Shown here one piece after another: positions 36,007 through 48,299 of a stretch of 64,000 nucleotides of DNA. A program made the position numbers and the translations under genes. The notes under the pieces were generated by a model. That model searched no databases and was not told the DNA's origin. It saw only the letters and a list, made by a program, of their open reading frames with translations. Numbering within the stretch: position 1 is the stretch's first letter; every line of letters starts with the position of its first letter. The stretch is from Gekko japonicus (Eukaryota). The DNA is taken from assembly GCF_001447785.1 (NCBI RefSeq), contig NW_015162483.1, positions 979,485 through 1,043,484 of the forward strand, written 5' to 3'.

Positions 36007-38176
36007 ACTTGATCACACTATGGATTGATTGAGCAATCAGAGCAGTCTGAAAATACAAGTTAGAGTAGATCCATGCTATATTGTGCACAGTTAAACATAA
36101 GCACTTTTCAGTCATTTCTCTTTGTGCTCATTGAATGCATGCAAAAAGGCATCGGATCATACTACTACCCCTATGCTTACACATGTACCTGAACTTCTGC
36201 AGTTTAGTCCTATGTGCACACAAACATTTATTTATTTATTTATTTATTTATTTGTATCCTGCCCTCCCAAAGGCTCAGGGCGGCTCACATGCGGCAACAT
36301 GTGATTTGGAATGCTGCAAGAAGCAAGGTACCAAGTGTAGATGCCTCTATGTATACATTCGTATGTTTATAGAGGCCTGCTACAGACATTTGGCTCACCT
36401 CTTGGATTAAAGCAGCAAAGCCAGCGGGCACAATCCCGCTCCCTCCTATGCATGAACATGCAGCTCAGTCTACAGTGTTGAAGAGGAGGAAACAGCCTCT
36501 AGCTGTTGATTGGACAAAGTAAAGAGAATGCAGAAAGCCATGGAAGTTAAATAATCTGTGTAGGATGAATACAGATTAATAGTCCGATTCCAATTGTCTG
36601 TTGGTACTGGGTATTTGAAAATAGTATAAAGACATATTTATTTCTGCCATTCAGAAAACCTTGAAGGCTTTTCTTAAATCCAGTATGTATTTTAATTTGT
36701 ATGAAATTGTAGTTCCCAAGACCAAATTTGTGGGAGTTATCCTTTAAGACAGAAGCCATAGAGGTCCCCCCCAATGGTATAAAATTAGAAATAAAATGCA
36801 AATATCTGTGAATCCTGAGAGGCTTGGAGGGCAGAATATGAACAATACATTTCTGCAGAGTGCAAAGCTTTTCTCAGTCAAAGGCACAGTGTATCTTAGT
36901 CCCATACAATGGGAACCATTTTGGGGGGGGGGATAAATTCTTCGTTATAAAAAAATATTGTAATGCAACTTACAAAAAATATGTCTATGCTCCTTACAAG
37001 GTCATGCCATAATTTTGTTCTTACCCTTCCCTTGCGTTATTGCAAATGCTGAGATGAAATGTAATTTGATCAAAAGAACTCTGAGGTGAATAATGATTTG
37101 CTTCAGCTGCGGCTCATTACAGCTGATTTCATTTTTTTCCAAATTATATTAGAAAGGTTGCATATCATGCAGTCTCTGTATTCTTCAATGAAATGTCTGC
37201 TCTGATACTTCAAATGAAAGACTTCCTCGTGTACAATTTATTCCTTCTTCTAGACATTTTACTATAGAAGCAGCTGGATTCGCGTGCTGCCAGAAGTAAT
37301 TTCCCTGTGGAGTGCAGATCCTGGCTGGGATGGCTTCTACTGCAGCTCATTTTAAAGGGCTGCACAAGAAGCAAGCCCCAAGCCAAGCCAACAGGAACAG
37401 TCTGTTCCCCTGACACAGTTGATCCTTGCAAGGGACTGCAGTAGAAGCCCAACAAACAGCTGCAGTAGAAGCCCAACAAACAGCTGAGAGGCGGGAGAAG
37501 ATTGCTCCCACCTCTCTGCTGTTTTGGGATCTAGCAATAATTCCCGAATATATCATGGAATATATCTGTAAGAAACTGGCACTGAACTTTTCTTCACTTA
37601 TGGAATATTTGTTAGGAGGGAGTTCTTAACTGAACATATAGTGTGAGAAAGTAGTTTTCCCTGTAATATGTATTAATAATATTGTTTAATTTGTTTCTGG
37701 GAAAAAAACCTGACAGACCTTATAGATGTGGAGCTACTAATTTTCTTTTATAATATACTTAGGTAATTTATACCATTATGGTTGTCCCCAGCTGAGGCAC
37801 ACCATTTGAAAAGAGGCCCACCATTTGAAATGCATCTGATTTATGGGCATGCCACTGAAGTACAAAATGAGTTGTGAAGTTTTCTACTGTAGTTCCAATA
37901 AATCTAATTTATTCAGGATCACAGTTCCTAATAAACTTAAAATGTGCCCTTTGCCTTCTGCTTCCTATAAACATTTTAAAAAAGGAATAACAAGAAGCCT
38001 CCAAATTGTATAATACTGTAAAATTTTGTTCAAAGAAACATGAGGGGGGCAGAATTAAAATAGTACCCATTAAACTTAAATGTTTTTCATTGTACATAGC
38101 ATTTGTTGTAGGGACTTTTTTTGCATAAGAAGATCTGTCTGGACAGCAAAGAGTTACTCCCATTCATGCTGGTTCT

Positions 38177-38348
38177 NNNNNNNNNNNNNNNNNNNNNNNN
38201 NNNNNNNNNNNNNNNNNNNNNNNNNNNNNNNNNNNNNNNNNNNNNNNNNNNNNNNNNNNNNNNNNNNNNNNNNNNNNNNNNNNNNNNNNNNNNNNNNNNN
38301 NNNNNNNNNNNNNNNNNNNNNNNNNNNNNNNNNNNNNNNNNNNNNNNN
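38177..38348. other. Assembly gap (172 N) probably containing an ADGRB3 exon
   Basis: N run. The minus-strand flank entering the gap is pyrimidine-rich (ctgttgtttctgttccataaatatttttctat), and splice phase requires a missing exon. Confidence 0.75.
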
Positions 38349-38799
38349 ATAGAAAAATATTTATGGAACAGAAACAACAGTCAGAGGAAAAGAAGCTCAT
38401 TCAGAATCATTCAACATCCTTTTTTCAAGCATGAATACAAATACAATTTCATGCAAGGAAGCCCGAGCAGTAATTCAGGAGTCATTCAAGTTTCTCTGAA
38501 GCACTTGACCTTTGAAGCATCCTTTAATCTGAAAGAGGATGTCAGGATTTATTTCTAGGAAGCGGGCTGAACAGAATACTGCCAGTGGTTATCACTCAGA
38601 AGCTCCTGGATCCTCAAGTGTCTATTCCCCTGCCCCCCCCTCAAAGGACCCAGACCTCAACCCAACCATAATCTTAAAGTGAATTATATGGCTTGCCCAG
38701 CTGTATGGTTCCCAAGGTAGCTAGAGCCCCTGGAAGTTTGCTCCCAGTATCCCATATTCTCAATTGCCCTGCAGTCATTTACTGTTCTTTTAATATTCA

Positions 38800-38982
38800 G
38801 AGGCTCAGTAGCACCTTAAAGACTTAACAAAATTTGTTGGAGGGTATGAGCTTTTGTGAGCCACTGAAGAGAGCAGTGACTCATTAAACCTACCACAATT
38901 TTTATTAGTCTTTAAGGTCCTACTGGACTTTGTTCTTTTCTACTGCTACAGACAGACCAACATGGCTACCCATCTTGATCTA
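38800..38982. mobile_element. Penelope-derived inverted pseudo-LTR fragment
   Basis: cagtagcaccttaaagact...agtctttaaggtcctactggact inverted pair, plus gaccaacatggctaccc tail. Confidence 0.6.
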
Positions 38983-39140
38983 GGGCCTAAGTGTGTAATA
39001 CACTAAATTAAAGTATTTTATTTAGATAGTAGTTAAGACTGTGTAAACCTTAGAGGAGAAGGAGGGGTAAAGAAAAATAACATCAAGAAAAACGGCTTCT
39101 TTTGTAATACTTAGGCACACAGGATATTTTAAAATGGTAC

Positions 39141-39242
39141 CTGTAGCATTAAGAGGACACCGATTGAAAGCCATGTCCCCCGCCGGCGTCCTTTTCCATA
39201 CCATCGATATCAAGTAATCCTCAGGACATATTTCATAAGGTG
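39141..39242 (-). CDS. ADGRB3: ADGRB3/BAI3 coding exon, start of hormone-receptor (HRM) domain ([35 protein letters not shown])
   Basis: 102-nt phase 1-1 exon. Acceptor ...aaatacAG|CACCTTAT, donor ACAG|GTACCA. Matches BAI3 peptide. Confidence 0.96.
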
Positions 39243-39535
39243 CTGTATTTTTGTTTAATTGTGGGACATAAATATAATTTTTAGTGAGTTTAAAGCAAAT
39301 ATATTAGACTGAATCTGCAACCTTAAATTCCACTCATTACGAGCTCATTGTCACTTGCTTGGGTACCAAAATGTACAAATGCCTGCACTGAAAGAATGAA
39401 ATGTTTTAGATGCCATGGCTTTCCTATTATTTGGGCAACATATATAATTCTGCCATCCTCCATCTTAATATCACAAGAACCTTGTGAGGTGGGCAAAGTT
39501 GAGAGAGAGAGACAGACTGAACCAAGGTTGTCTGG

Positions 39536-39756
39536 TAGGGTTGCCAGCCTCCAGGTGGCACCCGGAGATCTCCCACTGTTACAATTGATTTCCAGATGAC
39601 CAAGATCAGTTTCCCTGGAGAAAATGGCTGCTTTTGGGAGTGGATCCTCCCAAACAATACACCCAACTGAGGTCCCTCCCCTCCCCAAACCCCACCCTCC
39701 CCAGGCTCCACCCTGTAAATCTCCAGGTATTTCCTAACCCAGAGCTGGCAACCCTA
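39536..39756. mobile_element. hAT (Blackjack-like) MITE inserted in a SINE remnant
   Basis: TIRs tagggttgccag / ctggcaacccta; degenerate 8-bp TSD ttgtctgg / ttgcatgg. Confidence 0.85.
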
Positions 39757-40149
39757 TTGCATGGTGAGCTTTTTGGCAGAATGAGGATTTGAACAGGAGT
39801 TACACAGGACCTAGTGTGAAATCACTATTCTAAACTGCCCTCCTAAAGCATCCTTAGCAATTAGGGAACTCAGTGAAATAACTTGAGGCCTGTAAAAGAG
39901 AATCTTCAGGACTGTTTCCAACACTACTTGGGGAAAACCTGGCAGCTAAAAACAATTAAAATTGGTTTAGATTTGTAGTATGAACAAGATCACTGCCTCT
40001 ATATTTATTTATCTAAAATGTGATAAAATTAATAATAATAATAATAATAATAAACAACCAAATATATAAACCAAATATAGAGGAAAAAAGTGGACTACTG
40101 GAGGTCTTTGCTGTCTGATTGAATTGTGTCTTAGTGAGATAGGTGAACT

Positions 40150-40990
40150 ATGAATGAAGTTAACAGCAACAGCAATAACAAAGCAATTAAAAATGAATCT
40201 CTAAAAGTCCTCTGATTTTTTTTAAAAAAATCTGAAATGTCCTCCAAAAGGTCAATGAAGACAATGAAGACAACTCCCTCCAAATTTCCTCTGAAAGTCT
40301 TTACCTGTAGAACAACATCCTCACCCAAAATGCACAAAATCTTGCCATAGCAGTATGACTCTGTTGAATGGAGGTCATCATCACTAAAGATTACCTGAAG
40401 GTGCATGGGTTTATATTGGGACAGGCAGTCCTTCAGCTATATAGCCTCAACTCAGTAATTATGGATAAGAATTGAGCACACAAGCAAACAGATACCAAAT
40501 AAAGCTGTTTCAAAACTAACTTAGTACACGCATACCATTCAACCCATGTAAAAAAGTTAGCTGCTGTATCCCATTATTATTTTTATGCCATCTTTCCATC
40601 CAAATAGGCTTCCTAAGGCAGGGCGATCTTCCAGTTGAAGATTCTATATTGTCTTCAAGGGAAGCCACAAACATTACAATCCTTGATTCTACAGCTATGG
40701 AATCTTGAATCTGTGTGACTAGGAAAGACAACTTACAAGCTAATGAAGATGGTAGAAATCACTCCTAGCAACAGCACCTACTTGTTCTTCTGGGCTCAGA
40801 AAGAAAGAAAGAAAAACACCCCAAACTCTATACCTGATTGGCCATGGACAGCTTGAACTGGCAGAACAGTCCCTCCAAAAGGATATGCTTCCCTCTCTAG
40901 TAATACCTCCATCTTATCTAGAGGATTCAGTTTCAGCTTGTCCTCCCTCATCCACTTGACCACAGCATGCAGATGCTGCTTCATGAAAAA
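40150..40990 (-). mobile_element. Highly decayed L2 RT fragment
   Basis: WMREDKLKLNPLDKMEVLL motif and decayed downstream L2-like sequence. Confidence 0.5.
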
Positions 40991-41262
40991 GGGGGTTGTT
41001 TATGTCCAGATGCATGGCATGGAAAGAGAATGGTTAGGGCTGGAATGTAGGGACCCACATGTAAGGGAAAAGCTTCCCCCCCCCAAAAAAAAAAGTGGTG
41101 GGGATTGAGTACTGCATTGATGTCCCAACCTCATGCTGTGAGCACTTGTGACAGATTGCTGCATGAAGGTACAAATTATCAGCTAGTAGAAGCCACTTGT
41201 TTCCTTTCATCTTGGGGCCCAAAGGAAGGGAAGCAATTAAATTCAGTGTATTTAAAGAAATA

Positions 41263-41454
41263 CCGTATTTTCCGGCGTATAAGACGACTGGGCGTATAAG
41301 ACGACCCCCAACTTTTCCAGTTAAAATATAGAGTTTTCCAGTTAAAATATAGAGCTGTGCTAATGCTTCTGGCGTACCGGCGTATAAGACGACCCCCCAC
41401 TTCTGAGAAGATTTCCCTGGGTTAAAAAGTAGTCTTATACGCAGGAAAATACGG
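41263..41454. mobile_element. Tc1/mariner-superfamily (pogo/Tigger-like) MITE
   Basis: TIRs ccgtattttccggcgtataagac / gtcttatacgcaggaaaatacgg; TA TSD on both sides; internal repeats of gcgtataagacgac. Confidence 0.9.
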
Positions 41455-41513
41455 TACACCAATTCCTCCCTATAGATCCTTTCAATTGCTGCAGAGAATT
41501 CTGACTAGTCTGA

Positions 41514-41594
41514 GGCTGTGATCACATAAAATGCAGTTTGAAAGTGCATTGAAAATTGATGAAAGCAGATTATTTAATGTTTCTGATCGCAGCC
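41514..41594. mobile_element. Short Harbinger-like MITE
   Basis: TIRs ggctgtgatca / tgatcgcagcc; TSD tga. Confidence 0.6.
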
Positions 41595-42246
41595 TGAAAC
41601 AAGCTCCTGGGATTACTTCAGGGCCAAGGGGAAGGTAGCAGGCTTTCACGCTCAGCCTTTGGCACCTCAGGCCATCAAAAGGGCTGAACAGAACTACTTT
41701 TAAAGAACAACTTCTATTAAAGCCCTTGTGCTTGAATTAGGAAGCTCCAGCCCATGACAGTAGTTCTCCGGCTTTTCAATTGGGACCCACTTGTAAACTT
41801 ATTGTAGTTTTGGGACCCACTTGTAAAGTTAATCCATGTCCCTTAATGCAGAACACAGCAATCTCACATTACCATCAACGCATTTATAATTTATTTTTTC
41901 ATTTAAGTATTTATTTCCGCAACAAATTTATTTCATGGTCATTTTGCACACTGAGTAGAGACACATGGAGGCTTCCTGCACCTTGTGCTGTTTCTCCTCC
42001 TCCTTCCAGACCTACAAGAGAATCACTTTAGTGACCCAAACCACAGTTGGAGAACCCTAACCCTCTGAGGAAAAAAGCAAGGTGGGAGCTGATTTTGAGC
42101 TGCCAAATTGCTGGTGGGAAAGGGTTACTTCTATTTTATTCTCAAAAATCCATGAGAAATAGGTTAAGAAGGATGAGAGTAGCTGGCCAAAGGTCACCCA
42201 ATGAGATTTACAACTGAGAATTTAAACCTAAATCTTCTCATTCTTA

Positions 42247-42398
42247 GGCTGCAGTCACACACACTAAATAATCTACTTTCAATCCATTTTCAGTGCACTT
42301 TCCAGCTGGATTTTGCAAATTTACACAGTAAAAATCCAGTTGGAAAGTGCACTGAAAGTGGATTGAAAGTGGATTATTTAGTGTGTGTGACCGCAGCC
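42247..42398. mobile_element. Fully palindromic Harbinger-like MITE inserted in a SINE
   Basis: ggctgcagtcacacacactaaataat...attatttagtgtgtgtgaccgcagcc with long internal symmetry. Confidence 0.8.
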
Positions 42399-42823
42399 CC
42401 TATCCAACACTAACCACTACACCCACACTGGCCTTTTGTTGCTGTGCAAATTAATGCCAACTGTTTTTCTATTTGCACTTAAAAAAAAAAAAATTACCTA
42501 GATTGCATTAATATCCCTCTGCCATTCTCATTCACAGTAAGAACCATGGCCTCAAGAAGCAGGGTCTTTACAGTCATTGCCCCCAAAGTAGAAAGGCATC
42601 TTCTCCCTGAATTCTATTGCTTTACTTGCTTTTACAAAAGGCTACACGTTACACTTCTTTCAGACTTGCTCTGATATGGCAGACTAGGAGTTAGTTTTGT
42701 CAGAAAACTCAGCAGGTGTTGTATTTCGTTGTTGGTTGGTTGATATTTGTAGCTTTATAATTTCACATAATTTCATAAGCTGTTTTGAGCTTTAGAAAAT
42801 GTTTTCAATAAAAGTGGTATAAA

Positions 42824-43128
42824 CAGGGCTCCCAAGTACTTACCTTAATTTGGCGGGGGATGTATTCCTCTGGGGAAAACACAGGCACTGCACTATTCCA
42901 TCGCCCAGACGTGATGTAGGCATGTAGCCGGGTGATGCTATAGTAATGGGGCTGGAAACTTGATGGTACCATCAAGTTTCCAGTCCCATTACCAGAGCGT
43001 CACCCAGCTACGTGCCTACGTCACGTCTGGGCGACGGAATAGTGCAGCACCTGTGTTCCAAGCAAGAATCTTCTGGCGGGGAAGCATGTGTCCCCCGCCG
43101 GATCTTAGGTAGGTACTTGGGAACCCTA
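42824..43128. mobile_element. Palindromic hAT MITE with 8-bp TSD
   Basis: TIRs cagggctcccaagtac / gtacttgggaacccta; TSD ggtataaa (42816-42823, 43129-43136); fold-back centre ggaaacttgatggtaccatcaagtttcc. Confidence 0.9.
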
Positions 43129-43209
43129 GGTATAAACATGGTTAAAAGAAATAAATAAATAGCATTTTTTTGTCATAAGGATACTAACAAGTCAAACCTG
43201 TAATGACAA

Positions 43210-43670
43210 TTAATATATTATTTGCCGTCCACCCACCGGTTCAAAAGCTTTGGCGAGTAGATAAAATGGGTACCACTCCTTAGAGAGGGTGGGCACACTC
43301 AACCCTCCGGTGGGAAGTGTTAGCCGACAAACGGAAGGTCTGTGCGTAGGATCAAAAGTCGAGAGAGATCTACACAGCATCAAAGAAAAGCCTGCAATGG
43401 GCCATTCCAGCCAGATGGTGGCAGTGGTGCACTGCAACTGAGAAAAATGCTGACAACATCAAGTGACGCCGACTAAATAATGCTGCCGGAACACGTCTGA
43501 TGCTTACAGCTGACCAAACTCCCTGTCGACTGCGAAGTGTATGTGATTAAAAATGATATATGTTGTCCTCCCTTACCCCATCATTGTTAGTCCCGTGTCA
43601 ACACATGAGTAACTGTAAATCGCTCAAAGCCGGCAGCTATGCAAGGATTGAGCGATCAATAAATTGAAAG

Positions 43671-43728
<58 letters not shown>
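43210..43728 (+). mobile_element. Unclassified CpG-rich SINE-like element with L2-type tail and (ATT)n
   Basis: gagtagataaaatgggtacca core motif; tgtaaatcgctc...gagcgatcaataaat stem-loop tail; (ATT)n at 43670-43728. Confidence 0.55.
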
Positions 43729-43731
<3 letters not shown>

Positions 43732-44343
43732 GCTGAGTGCCTCAGAGGTTGACAAACAGATCCTTGCAGATGTTTCAGTGATGCAGAAGTACATAAAATA
43801 GGTTGCTAAATATACTTCAGCCTCAGTGCTGTCAAATCAGGAGAGCTGAGAGTGTGCTAATGGCAAATATTTAAGAAAGGGAGTTATTTCCATCTATTTT
43901 GTGTTCACATGCATGTTGTGCATACATGTAAAGCATGTTCCTCTTCTTCGTGCCACCATCCCAACTTAAGAATCAAGCCTCCCACATTACCAGTGATCTG
44001 CGGAACACTAGTAAAGGCTGCCCCTGAGCATGTGAAAAAGGCAGAGTTTGCCAATTACTGCAGCCCATCTCCATGCATGTCTAAGTATGAGTGAGTGATT
44101 AAGGTGTGTAACCAGCAGCACAGACCCAGTACCTGCGGTGGTTTTTCCTGACAAAGAAATACCCCAAAACAACCTCTGAACCTCCACAAGCAGTGCACTC
44201 AAAGCCAGGCTTGGCTTAAACAGTGGCGTTTGCTGGGAGGCGAGGACAACCACATTTTAATTGGGAAAGCTTAGGGCAAGTGCCAGGTAAGCTGCATGCA
44301 ACCCCCCCCTCCTGTCAGCTCAGTCCAAAAGGACTAAGAATGG

Positions 44344-44934
44344 TGTTGTGTACTAGCTGAACCACACATGCAGGCGGACCGCCGCGTAGCCCGACAAACT
44401 AGCGTAGCTTCGCTACCAGGGACAATAGAGTTCTAGGATTCTAAAACCCGCCAACCGTTGAGTAGGGATTCTAAAGAGAAACCTATGAGATTGTAACTAT
44501 TGTATATAGGCTATCACTATTTTATATAGCTACTGTATCTCTCTTTTCCGGAAATCACTCAAGTAAAGTATGAGCCAAAATCACTCAACAATGCGTCAGT
44601 CTCAATACGCTGGTCCATTTTTTTGGTGGGCTGCCAATATGACCTCGTCCACAGGCCCAGCAAGGCAATGGGCCACGTGGATGCCTTGAGCCGCCTCCCG
44701 CTTTCGTCTGGCAATCCGGACCCTGCTCCTGCCCACCACATTGCCCTCCTCAAGGATCTCCCGGACCACCCGGTACAGGTCTCCGAGGCTGCATGCCACA
44801 TGGGCCGCGATCGCCTCCTCTCCCGGGTCCTCGGCTGGGTGATAAGGGGGTGGCCTACAGGCCCAGTGGGTCCAGAGTTCACAGTGTTCTCATCTAGAAG
44901 GGACAAGTTGTCGGCACACAAAGGTTGTCTTCTC
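44344..44934 (+). mobile_element. Ty3/Gypsy remnant: LTR-like segment fused to an RNase H C-terminus / integrase linker fragment
   Basis: RWSIFLVGCQYDLVHRPSKAMGHVDALSRLP...VLGWVIRGWP (about 44608-44934) is typical Gypsy pol. The upstream tgttgtgtac segment has TATA-like and agtaaa motifs. Confidence 0.8.
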
Positions 44935-47900
44935 TCACCTATGCCAGACCCATCAAGGTAAACATTGCTGTAGAATGGTAATCCATTCAGCTTCATCCTG
45001 TCAAACATTAAGGAAAGGATTTTCTCCTTTGCTTGGTACCAGAGAAGCACCAAATTGCCCTATTATTCCACAATGGGAATCCCATCAACCCATTGTGAAA
45101 CTAGCTTTAACATACCTTCCGGATACATTTTGGGGTATAACTATACCCAGTCTTGCACATGCCCAGTGTGACTTTAGCTGGGCGCACACAAAGCTAACAC
45201 CCCTGAGCACAACTCAGGTCCTCTGTGGTCTCTCTGGTCTGTCCACACAACTTTTCTCATCTTACCTTGGATTCCTTCATCTCTTCAGGATAGGTATAGT
45301 ATTACCCTGACATTCCCCAACCCCCTCTATTTGTCTGCTAACCACTTTCTATATCTTCTTGTATGCTTGCAGCCTCTGATCTGAATGGAAATATCTAGAT
45401 TATTAGTATTAGATAAATAAAACTCATCTCTGTTACAATTTGGACTGGTCATTGCTTTAAACTAAGGGTCTAAAGGGAACAATCTCCGTAAAAACTGGTA
45501 GCAGATCCAAGCTATACCCCAGCCTCTTTCTAGTTTTGCCTTTGTAGCTAATTCCCCAATCAAAGCAAAGGCAAGATATTTATTTAATAAAGCTGTCTTG
45601 GGGTAACAGGCACAAAAGGAGGAATTTGAATCACAGGTCTGCTCACTTAAACAGGAACATTTTATTGCTATAAATTAAGCTAAAACACAAGACAGGGAAA
45701 ATACTATCAAGCCTACTGGTTACAGATCTAAGGAAACAGATAATAAAGACATATCACTAAGCTAAACTTAACAATATAGAAGAGTTACCTATAGCATCAC
45801 TTCCTGGATGCAAATGCAAACCCTGACCCCTACCTGCTTCATGCAGGGGAATCTGACTCCAAGCATTTGGACAAAGACTAATATATCTTATCAATCTTTT
45901 AACCCTCTCTGTCTTCTCTGGTGCAAAGCTCCTTACTTATGACAGAAGCAACTCCCTTTCTGCTGCATCTACAAACACATACTGTGGGGAAAGACTGTTT
46001 CTCCCAAAAACAAAACCCTGAGTTTCTTATGTTCCCCAGTAAGGTGGAACTATAATCATAAACATGGTCCAGGATATCTGTCATGTAAACCTAATCAGTA
46101 ATATGTTCACAGGAAATAGTAGAGAGAAGAAAAGTTTATATAGACATGCTGCCTCACAACTGAAGCGGACTGTGTTGAACTGCATATACAAACCAGAGCC
46201 CCATGCGGGTATATACATCTCCAAAAGCATACGCGACAACCAGGCACATATACATGTGATCTGTTTCTTACCTATTTTATACCCATCATATGAATTTTAG
46301 TCAATAACAGCTCAATTCAGTTTATTAGGTTTAAGAGCCTATAGACCATACACCATAAAAAAATTAATTTAAACTTTTTAAAAAATATTTTAAAAGACAG
46401 TATAACAGAAATGTGCCACATCTATTATACAGTTATTGCACAGAGTACTCAGCACCAGTCTCAACCTTGTAGATTCTGAAAAGGAAGAAATTTTTTAGCC
46501 ATTTCCTCAGAAGCTATTCTTTCACAACTGCATGTGTTGGGCAACAGAAAAATATATGGGCTCCATTAATTTTTTGTTGAGCACCATTCTAATTTTAGAT
46601 GTTAAGTTCCCAGTTTTATGTATGCCTAGTTGCTTGAATTTTCTGTCCACAGCGTTATTCCATCCTTGCCAGTGTCGATCTTGTACCGATCAGGAAGCCA
46701 AGGTCAGAGTCAATAACAAAAAAAAGCATACTGTTTCTAGACAATGGTCTCATGTTGAGACAGGTAGAATCTTAATGGAAACATTTTCCTCTCTTATGTA
46801 GCAGGAGGGAATGCTTATTCCAAGATGGCACCTGTCACCTGCAATCATTATTGTATTAAAATAATTTTAAAAACTAAAAATCTGCTGCCTGGGTAAATTA
46901 GGGGCACCTTTACAATCAATTAAAATGTTTGAATCAGTTAAACAAATAGATTAAAAACTGCAGTTCAACATAAAATACATTAAGATTTTTCAGCTGCTGG
47001 GTAGACATAATGAATACAAAGGAGGAAGAAAAATGGTCAGTAACTGATACACATCAATTTTATTTTTCATTTGCAAACATAAGTTTCAGTTCATGAGGCC
47101 CAGGACTATCCACTTGCCCTGTCCCAGGCTGGACCAATTAAATTGGGCTTGGAGCAGGTAGGAGAGATTGAGCCACTCCACAGCAAAAGCAGAGGGAGGA
47201 GAAGCACAGCTGATTTAGGAGCCCTGGCAAGGGTGAAGGTCTGGCAGGGCTGGGGGTGGCTTAGTGCACCCACCTGATGTTTAGTTGGCTGGTGACCATG
47301 GGTATGCAAGCTAAGGATGCTAGGCCTACCTGCAATCCCTTTCATTGCACACCGGTGACTCAATCACCAGCAAGAGGAAATGGGGGGGAGGCATGCTGGC
47401 ATTGCACTAGGCCCCACCCCAAATTTCCCCTGGGAGTTGCTGGCTGCGACCTGGAAACCCTATATTCAACTTTGTGCACCCACAGCAGCAAAGGCATGGC
47501 TCTAGCCATGGGGCGGAGAGGCAGGGACCAACTCTCAAAGCTGGCAATATGCCCTGGAGTGGGTGCAGCTCTAGTTACCAAGTTCTGGAAGGGTAAAGGT
47601 GGCCTGGGAGGAGCAGGGAGTGGTGGCAGGGGCAAGCCCTAGAATAAAGGGAGCAGGAAGTAGGCAAGGAAGTGAGTGAAGTCAGGACTGCAGGGGAGGT
47701 GAAATGTGGCTTTCTGACTCCCAGGTGGAAACACCCAAGGAGCAGTGGGCTTTTGCCCAGGAAGCAGGGAATAAGGTGCTGGGCTAAGGGCTGCTACAGA
47801 AGCCCGGTGAGGCAGGGCAACTTCAGGAGCTGAAACCAGAAAAAAAAGTTTGCTGTTGTACACAGATTAAAGATGCCTTTGAGCAAGCAGCCTGTGGCCT

Positions 47901-47961
47901 GGTTTTGGGGGCCCCCAGGGAGGGACAGTTCACTGTCCTTCTGCCCTGAGGCTCACACACA

Positions 47962-48299
47962 GGGCGCGATCACATGCACAATTAGCCCTGCCATAGGCAC
48001 AAATGGATGGATTTAAAGGGCGCGATCAGACACCCCGCACCCATCGGTAACCCATTATGCTCCGCCGCAGAAGTGGAGTAAAAAGACACTGGGGAAAATC
48101 TGGTAGTAAACGGGTTGCGACGGGCCACAGACGGAGTTTATAGTGTCTGGTCACTCCAGCACACTCTCATGGTGTCACGATGGTGTGCACGCAGCTTCCA
48201 AGGACTGTGTGATCACGCAACTGAGGGTCAAATTTCTCCGGAGGAAATAGCCTTGCTTCACCCCTCCCCCTGCTTTACCTTGCGCGTGTGACCACCCCC
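47962..48299. mobile_element. PIF/Harbinger-like MITE, 3-bp TSD
   Basis: TIRs gggcgcgatcacatgc / gcgtgtgaccaccccc; TSD aca; internal similarity to 31939-32397. Confidence 0.7.

Noticed and set aside
36305-36325. Minus-strand TTGCAGCATTCC (LQHS) as the missing ADGRB3 exon
   Set aside because: Only four codons match; adjacent sequence does not encode the BAI3 peptide and there is no donor site
25597-37483. Short 24-bp doublets (ggttccaattagggatgtgcattt near 25597-25644; ctgcagtagaagcccaacaaacag near 37436-37483) as CRISPR-like or regulatory arrays
   Set aside because: Two-copy adjacent slippage-type duplications with no spacers, in a eukaryotic intron
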